Part shown: piece by piece, positions 26,334-33,325 of the stretch
How positions within the stretch are numbered: position 1 is the first letter of the stretch
How the letters are laid out: the number at the start of each line of letters is the position of its first letter
DNA from: Candidatus Undinarchaeales archaeon
GTDB taxonomy: Archaea > SpSt-1190 > JASMDC01
Direction: 5' to 3'
NCBI GenBank assembly: GCA_030753015.1
Contig: JASMDC010000035.1
Location: 1-36,044, forward strand
DNA: 36,044 nucleotides
Made by a program: the position numbers and the translations under genes
The notes under the pieces: generated by a model
What the model saw: only the letters and a program-made list of their open reading frames with translations
What the model was told of the DNA's origin: nothing
Databases searched by the model: none

Positions 26334-27266
26334 TCATGATCCTCCTTGTTGTTGTGGGGTTCCTTTGAGGAGGTCCAACCCCCCCAGTGAGACCAGTTTC
26401 TTTGCGAGCTTGCTTGCGGTCCCGGAACCGTCATCGGGAGATCCTTCACCCGCTAGGTCGATCCTCCATTTCCCGTCGGGGGATGCCACGGCCACCTGCA
26501 GACGAAGGACAGTGGAGGACATGCGGGCAAGCACGCCAATTGGGACCTGGCACCCTCCGCCAACCCCCTCAAGGAAGCAACGCTCCGCAGCAACCTCCTG
26601 CCGGCTCGAAAAGTGGTCCACCCTCTCCAGGATGGAACGTATCTCATCATCATCGGCTCTCGCCTCCACACCGATGGCGCCCTGCCCCGCAGCAGGCGTG
26701 ATGACGTCCTCGGGTATGACCGTGGTCCTGACATCTTCTGGTCGGAGCCGGAGGATGCCGGCCTGCGCCAGGATGACGGCGTCAAGCTCACCGGAGCGCA
26801 CCTTCTCGATCCGGGTGTCGACGTTACCCCTGATGTCCATGATGTTAAGGTCGGACCTTGCGTAGAGGGCAAGCGCTCGCCTCCTCAGGCTGCCGGTACC
26901 CACCTGAGCGGCGCTGTGGATATTCTCCAGGGTGCAACCATCCGTCGTGATGAGGGCATCCCGGGGATCCTCCCGCTCCAGGATGGCTCCAAGTGCGATC
27001 CCCTCGTCCCGCTCCACGGGGATGTCCTTCATGCTGTGCACGGCCACGTCCACACGGTCGTCCAGGAGCGCTCGGTCGATCTCCTTCACGAACATACCCT
27101 TGTCCTGCACCTTAGGTGTGCGATCACTCCCGACCGCATCCCCCGAGGTCCGTATCTTGACGATCTTTGTGTCCTGATCGGGGAACGCGCTACTCAGCTT
27201 TTCAACAAGGATCTCGGCCTGGCGCATGGCAAGCCTGCTACCTCGGGTCCCGATCCTCAATGTCAT
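26334..27266 (-). CDS. hemC: Hydroxymethylbilane synthase (porphobilinogen deaminase)
   Basis: RIGTRGSRLA, KGMFVKEI, AVHSMKDIP, GTGSLRR, IRGNVDTR, GGCQVPIG; ATGA overlap with hemA. Confidence 0.97.
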   Translation of the reverse strand: MTLRIGTRGSRLAMRQAEILVEKLSSAFPDQDTKIVKIRTSGDAVGSDRTPKVQDKGMFVKEIDRALLDDRVDVAVHSMKDIPVERDEGIALGAILEREDPRDALITTDGCTLENIHSAAQVGTGSLRRRALALYARSDLNIMDIRGNVDTRIEKVRSGELDAVILAQAGILRLRPEDVRTTVIPEDVITPAAGQGAIGVEARADDDEIRSILERVDHFSSRQEVAAERCFLEGVGGGCQVPIGVLARMSSTVLRLQVAVASPDGKWRIDLAGEGSPDDGSGTASKLAKKLVSLGGLDLLKGTPQQQGGS

Positions 27267-28552
27267 CTTCGCATCCCCTCGATGAGAAGTCGCTGGTCGG
27301 GCGCAGCGTCCAGTTCGAAGAGGTCACGGACGGATTCCGCCTGCCGCTCACCCTCCGCGGAGGTCGCCTGCATCCTCAGGTTCCTGACAGGGTCCTCGAG
27401 AATCTTCTTGGTGAGGCTACGGCTCATGTCATGGATGATTCTTCTGTCTCGCTCGGAGAGCTCGCCCAGCATGGCGAGTGCCCGCCTGAGCTCGCGTGAC
27501 CTGATGTCCTCGATCCTCGAGTAGAGGGATGAGATGATCGGTTCGATGTGGATGCGGGAGAGCCGAGCGGTGAACGTGGCCACCTCGTCCTCGACGATGT
27601 GTTCCGCTCGATGGGATTCCTTCTGGCGGTTCAGACGGTTCTCCTCGGCGATCCGGTCCAGCGAGTCCATGTCGTGGAGATGTACGCCTTGGATCTCCGT
27701 GATGGCCGGATCGAAGTCCCGGGGGACCGCGATGTCGATGATGTGGAGGTCTCGCTCGTTCTCCTGCCCCACCCGTGCCTTGATGACCCGTTCCATATCC
27801 TCTCGTCGTACGATGTGGCGCGGGGCGGCGGTCGAGCTGATGACCAGGTCCGCTTCCACGAGAGCGTCCTGGAGACGGTCGAGCCGCTGGGCCGTCCCTC
27901 CAAAGCGCCGGGCGATCCGTTCCGCCTTCGTAAAGGTCCGGTTGGCAAAGATGATCGTCCCCACTCCTTTTTCCGCGAGAATGCCCGCGATCAACTCAGC
28001 GTTCTTACCTGCGCCGATCACGAGCACCTGCTGGAGCCCTGTGTCGTCGAACAATCCTTCCGCGAGCTTGACCGCGGCCGAGGCCACTGAGACGGTCCCC
28101 CGAGACACACCTGTGACGGTTCTAACCCGCTTCCCGACGCAGACCGCTTTCTGGAAGATACGACCCAGGACCGGGCCCGAGGTCCCGTTCTCCTCGGAGG
28201 ATGCGAGCGCATCCCGGACCTGGCCAAGTATCTGACCCTCCCCGACCATGAGCGAGTCCAGGCTGGATGCCACACGGAACAGGTGCCTGATCGCGTCCGC
28301 ACCCGAGTAGGTATAGACCACGTTCCTGAGGGCCTCCATATCCGTTCCTGACGCTTCTCGGATTATCTCGAGCGTCGTTGCGATCAGGTCATCCGCGCTC
28401 TCTCCGACCGAGTAGACCTCCAACCGGTTGCACGTTGCCACCACGACCGTCTCAGTCATCCTCTGGCATGGTAGGAGATCGTTGACGCGGCGCAGGGTGC
28501 GCTTGGATGTGAACCGTCCCCGGACCGAGAGGGGGGTGGTCAGGTGGCTCAT
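27263..28552 (-). CDS. hemA: Glutamyl-tRNA reductase
   Basis: TCNRLE, HLFRVASSLDSLMVGEGQILGQV, VIGAG, DIAVPRD; the true start is probably ATT at 28573 (see findings). Confidence 0.96.
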   Translation of the reverse strand: MSHLTTPLSVRGRFTSKRTLRRVNDLLPCQRMTETVVVATCNRLEVYSVGESADDLIATTLEIIREASGTDMEALRNVVYTYSGADAIRHLFRVASSLDSLMVGEGQILGQVRDALASSEENGTSGPVLGRIFQKAVCVGKRVRTVTGVSRGTVSVASAAVKLAEGLFDDTGLQQVLVIGAGKNAELIAGILAEKGVGTIIFANRTFTKAERIARRFGGTAQRLDRLQDALVEADLVISSTAAPRHIVRREDMERVIKARVGQENERDLHIIDIAVPRDFDPAITEIQGVHLHDMDSLDRIAEENRLNRQKESHRAEHIVEDEVATFTARLSRIHIEPIISSLYSRIEDIRSRELRRALAMLGELSERDRRIIHDMSRSLTKKILEDPVRNLRMQATSAEGERQAESVRDLFELDAAPDQRLLIEGMRR

Positions 28553-28554
28553 CC

Positions 28555-29190
28555 CTACGACGACGATGTGAATTCCTCAACCCTCCGTACGATCTCTGTC
28601 TCAGAGGCCCCGCCTTTGAGTAGGTCCAGTAGCACCTGGTGTGGGATGGCATTGAAGAACGCCATCCTCTCCTCGACGTTCACCAGCCTTCTCTTGACCG
28701 TTGGTCTCAGGCTACCAAGGATGTCGAGGAGCCTTCCGTACTCCTCTCCATACAAATCCCCCAGCTCCAGCCGTATGCTCCTGGCCAGGGCCGGGCTCTT
28801 CCCGTCCGTGCCGACGGCTATGGTGAGAGATCCCCTTCGGAGCACGGATGGCATGATAAAGTCGCTGTCATCGCGGGAGTCCGCGACGTTGACGATGGTT
28901 CCGTTGGCGCGGGCATCACGAGAGACGGCCGAGTTCATGGCCAGGTCATCGGTGGCAGCGATGACGAGGAATGCATCCCGGACGTGTTGTACCTTGTACT
29001 CCTCTCGGATGTGGATCACCCTGCCCTCGCCCTCAAGTTCCGCGATCCCCGGAGTAACGTCCGGGCTGACCACCGTCACCTGCTCAGTACAGCGAAGGAT
29101 GGAGCGGACCTTGCGTTCAGCGACCGTTCCGCCGCCGACAACGACACACCGCCGATCTTCAAGATGGAGATTGACCGGGAACGCGTCCAC
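28555..29190 (-). CDS. sirC: Precorrin-2 dehydrogenase / sirohydrochlorin ferrochelatase (SirC/Met8p/CysG N-terminal type)
   Basis: VVVGGGTVAERK, VIAATDD, VNVADS..DFIMPS, TIAVGTDGKSPALA; GTG start with GGGGTGAT SD. Confidence 0.93.
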   Translation of the reverse strand: MDAFPVNLHLEDRRCVVVGGGTVAERKVRSILRCTEQVTVVSPDVTPGIAELEGEGRVIHIREEYKVQHVRDAFLVIAATDDLAMNSAVSRDARANGTIVNVADSRDDSDFIMPSVLRRGSLTIAVGTDGKSPALARSIRLELGDLYGEEYGRLLDILGSLRPTVKRRLVNVEERMAFFNAIPHQVLLDLLKGGASETEIVRRVEEFTSSS

Positions 29191-29252
29191 GCATCACCCC
29201 CCCTCTCCAGGCTTCTAGTCCTGATGTGCCTCCGTGCTCGAACGATCTCAGC

Positions 29253-30416
29253 TCAGATCCCTCCTCCATCCTGGTAGTGCATCGCTAGGATCTCGGCGAC
29301 CTCGCCTCGTGTGCACTCCTTCGGCAGGGACGCTCCGATTCTCAGGAGTTCACGTACCTTCGTACCGCTTAAGAATATGTGGTCGCTCTTTGGATGCGGG
29401 CACGTTTTAGTTGTGGCCATGGCATCGCATCTCTTGCAGTAGAAAGCATGGTCGAACATAATGGGCGTGATCGAGAGCTCCTCCATGGTGAACTCCAGAA
29501 AGAGATTCTGCGCGTCGAACGTGCCGTAATAGTTACCCACACCCGCGTGATCCCTCCCAACGATGAAGTGGGTGCACCCGTAGTTCTTCCGAACGAGCGC
29601 GTGGAAGATGGCTTCCCGCGGTCCCGCGTATCTCATGGCCGCTGGGAACACGCTCAATTGGACCCTGTCCTTCGGGTAGTATTCCTCTATGGCGGACTCG
29701 TAGGAGTTCAATATGACGTTGGCAGGTACGTCCCCCTTCTTGGTCTGTCCGACAAGAGGGTGGATGAGGAGTCCGTCGACGGTCTCCAAGGCGCACTTCT
29801 GGATGTACTCGTGCCCCCTGTGGATGGGATTCCGCGTCTGGAATCCCACCACTGTCCTCCAGCCCTTCTGCTCGAAGGACTTCCGCGTCAGAGCCGGATC
29901 GAGACAGTACTTCTCCAAGGAACCGTGGCCTGGTCTGCGGAGCAGGGTTACCTTCCCCCCCACGAGCGTCTCGCTGTCCGAGTAGATCTTATTCACACCT
30001 GGGTGGTCGATGTCAGTGGTCCGGAAGACGAGACTGGCTTCCTTCTCCTTGTCGCGGGTGAACTTCTCCTCGATCCTGATCGTCCCGAGGATCTCGCCCG
30101 CAGGTGTTGAGAGGGCACGCTCGTCGCCGACATCGATCCCCTTCGCTACTGTTTTCGTCACGGGGAGCGTGATAGGCAGTGACCAGATGAGGCCGTTGGA
30201 CAGCCTCATTTCCTCCACCACGCTCAGATAGTCCTCCTGCGTCATGAAACCCTCAAGGGGACTGAAGGCGCCAACTGAAATGAGCTCGAGATCGGCGATG
30301 GACCACTCATCGAGCTCTATCCGTTGGAGCTCACCGGCCTCACGGCACGCCTCTTTCCCTTTTCTCTCTGATACGGTCCTGTCGATGAGCCGGCCGCCAT
30401 GCGGTGAGATCGTCAT
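29253..30416 (-). CDS. sat: Sulfate adenylyltransferase (ATP sulfurylase, Sat type)
   Basis: Start reassigned to ATG 30416 ([11 protein letters not shown]) to remove the overlap with cysH; [41 protein letters not shown], CxxC..CPH, LSGTKVR. Confidence 0.97.
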   Translation of the reverse strand: MTISPHGGRLIDRTVSERKGKEACREAGELQRIELDEWSIADLELISVGAFSPLEGFMTQEDYLSVVEEMRLSNGLIWSLPITLPVTKTVAKGIDVGDERALSTPAGEILGTIRIEEKFTRDKEKEASLVFRTTDIDHPGVNKIYSDSETLVGGKVTLLRRPGHGSLEKYCLDPALTRKSFEQKGWRTVVGFQTRNPIHRGHEYIQKCALETVDGLLIHPLVGQTKKGDVPANVILNSYESAIEEYYPKDRVQLSVFPAAMRYAGPREAIFHALVRKNYGCTHFIVGRDHAGVGNYYGTFDAQNLFLEFTMEELSITPIMFDHAFYCKRCDAMATTKTCPHPKSDHIFLSGTKVRELLRIGASLPKECTRGEVAEILAMHYQDGGGI

Positions 30417-30427
30417 TGCGTCACGTC

Positions 30428-31153
30428 CTAACACTGCTTTCTTCCCGGATGCAGACCGCATTCCTTGGTGTCGGGTGATTCCCACCACCAGCGACCAGCC
30501 CGGACGTTCTCTCCCGACTCGATCGCCCGGGTGCAGGGCTCGCATCCGATGCTCGGGAAGCCCTTGTCGTGGAGCTTGTTGTAAGGGATGTCGTTCTCCT
30601 TGATGTAGGCCCAGATCTCCTCCTCGCTCCAGTCGGCCAGCGGATTCAGCTTGACGAGCCCGTTCCCCTCGTCCCACTCCACCTTTGGCAGCCCCACCCG
30701 GGTGGTGGACTGGGCCCGGCGGAGGCCGGTGACCCACGCGTCAAGGACCGAGAGGGCCCTTTTGAGAGGTTCGACCTTCCTGATGACGCAGCATTCCCTT
30801 CGGTTGTCCACGCTCTCCTTGAAGGAGAAGAATCCCTTCTGCTCAGAGAGCTCTTGAAGGGCCTTCGTGTCGGGGGAGTAGACCACAAGCTCCTTGCCAT
30901 ACTTCTTCCTGACCTCCTCCATGACGGAGTAGGTATCCTCGTGGAGCCGTCCCGTGTCCAGGGTGAAAACCTTCACGTCAGGTCGGGCCTTCAGTGCCAG
31001 GTCCATCAGTACCACGTCCTCTGCCCCGAAGCTCGAGGCGATACCGATCTTGGGGGAGAAGCGGTCGATGGCCCATATAAGGACCTCCTTCGCGTCAGCA
31101 TTCTCAAGTTTTTTGTTCGCGGCTTCGATTTCTTCTTTGATTGATTCGTCCAT
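30428..31153 (-). CDS. cysH: Thioredoxin-dependent adenylylsulfate (APS) reductase, CysH family, [4Fe-4S] type
   Basis: [52 protein letters not shown]; AGGTGAT SD. Confidence 0.96.
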   Translation of the reverse strand: MDESIKEEIEAANKKLENADAKEVLIWAIDRFSPKIGIASSFGAEDVVLMDLALKARPDVKVFTLDTGRLHEDTYSVMEEVRKKYGKELVVYSPDTKALQELSEQKGFFSFKESVDNRRECCVIRKVEPLKRALSVLDAWVTGLRRAQSTTRVGLPKVEWDEGNGLVKLNPLADWSEEEIWAYIKENDIPYNKLHDKGFPSIGCEPCTRAIESGENVRAGRWWWESPDTKECGLHPGRKQC

Positions 31154-31171
31154 CTTGTATCACCTGTAATG

Positions 31172-31915
31172 TTAGATGAGCATGAGCTTGACTCCCGAGA
31201 GCGCGACCATCGAGCCGATGGCGAGGTTAATCCTCCTGTTCTCCATCGTTAGACAATAGTGGCTTCCGATCAACAATCCCGGTATGGCCCCCAGAGTGAG
31301 GTCGAACGTGAGGCTGTAGTCCACGATGCCCATTGAGATGAACGCCGCGGTGGCCGGGAGGGAGAGGAGCGCCATGATCATGAGGTTCGTGCCCACTGCC
31401 TTCCTCGGCTCGAGGCCGTTGATGTGTATGAGCGCTATGATGATGAACGGTCCGCCTATGGAGCTGATGCCCATGAGGAGGCCGATGAGGAGAAAGTACG
31501 ACACGAGGAGGACGTTCCTCCTAACGCTGAAATTCGACGGGTCGTGGGATTGATGCTTTTCTTCCTTCTTGAAGAGAAAGGACAGGGCCGCTGCGATGAG
31601 GATAACTCCGAGGAACTGACTAAGGAGCCATTCGGGGAGCGCTCCGAGAAGGCGGGCACCCACGAGGATCCCCGGGATCCCCCCGACCAGCACGGGCGGT
31701 ATGTACCGCAGGTCATAGTTGTCGTGCCCCATGTGCGTCATGGTCGCGATCGATTTCATGATGGTCCCGAAGAGCATGTTGGACGCGACGACGGTCCGGG
31801 GATCGATCCCGAAGATGGAGAAGAGGATGGCCATCCCTATGATTCCCATCCCGATGCTGGTCATCCCCACTACCCCCCCCACGAGGAAACCGACGAGCAC
31901 GTAGGCGGGATTCAC
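31172..31915 (-). CDS. TauE/SafE (TSUP) family sulfur-compound transporter, paralog 2
   Basis: Multi-TM protein; GFLVGGVVGMTSIGMG, AVGTNL, GAIPGLLIGS; GTG start. Confidence 0.88.
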   Translation of the reverse strand: MNPAYVLVGFLVGGVVGMTSIGMGIIGMAILFSIFGIDPRTVVASNMLFGTIMKSIATMTHMGHDNYDLRYIPPVLVGGIPGILVGARLLGALPEWLLSQFLGVILIAAALSFLFKKEEKHQSHDPSNFSVRRNVLLVSYFLLIGLLMGISSIGGPFIIIALIHINGLEPRKAVGTNLMIMALLSLPATAAFISMGIVDYSLTFDLTLGAIPGLLIGSHYCLTMENRRINLAIGSMVALSGVKLMLI

Positions 31916-32034
31916 GATCCGACATCACCACTCGATTGCCCGGACCCGCTCCCGGTGTCCAATGGGTCATTGTCCTGCGGAATGGAGATGGTCGGGCACA
32001 TTCTTCTCACCGAACCAATCCTACCACTCATCAT
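31912..32034 (-). CDS. Putative 40-aa small ORF coupling into tauE paralog 2
   Basis: MMSGRIGSVRRMCPTISIPQ...; ATGA overlap with the upstream 14-aa ORF and GTGA overlap with the tauE2 start. Confidence 0.3.
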   Translation of the reverse strand: MMSGRIGSVRRMCPTISIPQDNDPLDTGSGSGQSSGDVGS

Positions 32035-32075
32035 CTTACTCCAGCCGCACACCTGTTTAAGAGGTTATCGTCCAT
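32031..32075 (-). CDS. Putative 14-aa small ORF MDDNLLNRCAAGVR
   Basis: AGGTGA SD 5 nt upstream of ATG 32075, just after the tauE1 stop. Confidence 0.35.
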   Translation of the reverse strand: MDDNLLNRCAAGVR

Positions 32076-32091
32076 GCCTTTCACCTTTCGG

Positions 32092-32841
32092 TCAGAAGAG
32101 CATGAGCTTCATGCCCGAGAGTGCGATCATCGAGCTGAGCGCAAGATGCATGTTCTCCTGCTTCGACCTAACACAGAAATGGCTCCCGATCAGCAGTCCG
32201 GGAAGGGAACCGAGCGTAAGGTTCATGGCGAGCGGTATGTCCACGAGGCCCATGTGAAGGAAGGCGAGCGTGGCCGGGATCGAGAGGAGTGTCGCGATCA
32301 CCAGGTTCGTGCCCACGGCTTTTTGCGGTTCGAGGCCAAGGCCTCCGACGAACATGAGGATGAAGAACGTTCCGCTCCCCATCGAGCTCAAGCCTATGAC
32401 GAGACCTATGGAGAGGCTGCTTGCCATTATGCTAATCCTCGTACGACGGTTCATCGTTGATAGTTCATGTGGGTGGCTCTCCCCCTTCTTCTTCAAGAAG
32501 AAGGCGAGCGCTGCCGTCATGAGGATCGCTCCGAGGGACCTTCTCAGGATCCATTCCGGGAGCGCTCCGAGCAGTTGGGTCCCTATGAGAACTCCGGGGA
32601 TCCCACCCATAAGGGCCGGAATGATAACTGCCTTTTCGAGGTTCTTATAGCTGGCATGCCTCAGCGCAGCTATCGACTTCATGAGGGTTCCAAAGAGCAT
32701 ATTTGAGGCCACCACGACCTTCGGATTGATACCGAAGACGAAGAGAAGTGACGAGGCTCCAATGGTACCTAGACCTATCCCGCTCAATCCCACGAGCCCT
32801 CCCACGAGGAAACCGAGGATCACTAATGCTGGTTCTATCAT
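32092..32841 (-). CDS. TauE/SafE (TSUP) family sulfur-compound transporter, paralog 1
   Basis: Multi-TM protein; GFLVGGLVGLSGIG, GLSSMGSG, AVGTNL, GSLPGLLIGS; AGGTGAT SD. Confidence 0.9.
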   Translation of the reverse strand: MIEPALVILGFLVGGLVGLSGIGLGTIGASSLLFVFGINPKVVVASNMLFGTLMKSIAALRHASYKNLEKAVIIPALMGGIPGVLIGTQLLGALPEWILRRSLGAILMTAALAFFLKKKGESHPHELSTMNRRTRISIMASSLSIGLVIGLSSMGSGTFFILMFVGGLGLEPQKAVGTNLVIATLLSIPATLAFLHMGLVDIPLAMNLTLGSLPGLLIGSHFCVRSKQENMHLALSSMIALSGMKLMLF

Positions 32842-32866
32842 GTGGTATCACCTATCAGTATTCTTG

Positions 32867-32920
32867 TCAGAACGTTCTGCGCGCCTTGCCGCACTCTACT
32901 GAACGGCGGCAGACGGACAT
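32867..32920 (-). CDS. Putative leader peptide uORF3, MSVCRRSVECGKARRTF
   Basis: ATG 32920 to TGA 32867, two TGC codons, ends 25 nt before the tauE1 start. Confidence 0.35.
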   Translation of the reverse strand: MSVCRRSVECGKARRTF

Positions 32921-33003
32921 TGCTCCCACGAATCCCCGAAGGGGGTCGAGCGACCGCTCCCCGGATGTGAGGGCTCCGGGTCACTAAGAAGAAGAAATCG
33001 ACG

Positions 33004-33081
33004 CTACTGCTGGGATCCTTTGTGCTGCGACCGACAAAGGCACTCCCCCCAGGGGACCTTGCGATCGTTCACAGAGAGCAT
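33004..33081 (-). CDS. Putative leader peptide uORF2, MLSVNDRKVPWGECLCRSQHKGSQQ
   Basis: ATG 33081 to TAG 33004; same GECLCRS core, same frame and same core-to-stop distance as uORF1; followed by TTTCTTCTTCTT. Confidence 0.5.
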   Translation of the reverse strand: MLSVNDRKVPWGECLCRSQHKGSQQ

Positions 33082-33174
33082 ACCCGCCGGTAGCGAGAGG
33101 TGTTGTGCGTGGAAAGAAGAAAGGTTGCTACTCAGAAGGGGCCTGTGGATGCGACCGACAAAGGCACTCCCCCC
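33026..33174. repeat. Perfect 25-bp direct repeat (33026-33050 and 33150-33174) in the sulfur operon leader
   Basis: TGCGACCGACAAAGGCACTCCCCCC twice, 124-nt period; the flanks also share GCTACT and AAGAAGAAA. Confidence 0.95.
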
Positions 33175-33181
33175 GAGTCAT
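33128..33181 (-). CDS. Putative leaderless leader peptide uORF1, MTRGECLCRSHPQAPSE
   Basis: ATG 33181 lies 25 nt downstream of the TTTTATAA box, at the expected TSS; TAG 33128 is followed by CAACCTTTCTTCTTT. Confidence 0.6.
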   Translation of the reverse strand: MTRGECLCRSHPQAPSE

Positions 33182-33220
33182 ATCACAATAGTTATGTTTT
33201 ATAATTTATAAAAGTTTCGA
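33182..33220. promoter_or_regulatory. Promoter/operator of the sulfur operon: BRE + TATA (palindromic, possibly bidirectional) and ATAACTATTGTGAT operator
   Basis: Minus strand reads CGAAAC-TTTTATAA-ATTATAAAAC-ATAACTATTGTGAT-ATG; 33197-33213 is TTTTATAA-T-TTATAAAA; the operator at 33182-33195 matches the 17975-17988 core at 12/14. Confidence 0.75.
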
Positions 33221-33325
33221 ATTGCGCCCCCGTCGCTCTCAGAGAGCCTTGCACTGCTAGGTTAGTTGAGAATATAGGGGAAAGGAGTTTGTCTTTATGC
33301 AGGATCGACGCGATCGGGAGAGAAG

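Noticed and set aside
30417-30737. 107-aa N-terminal extension of Sat
   Set aside because: It overlaps cysH in another frame; Sat homology starts at MTISPHGG
20861-31153. Dissimilatory sulfate reduction
   Set aside because: No aprAB or dsrAB; CysH, ferredoxin-type Sir and cysteine synthase indicate assimilation
33026-33174. CRISPR array or known riboswitch (SAM-I, T-box, cobalamin) for the 25-bp repeat
   Set aside because: Only two copies with a 99-nt spacer and no cas genes; I could not find SAM-I, T-box or B12-box consensus elements by eye (an Rfam scan is still needed)
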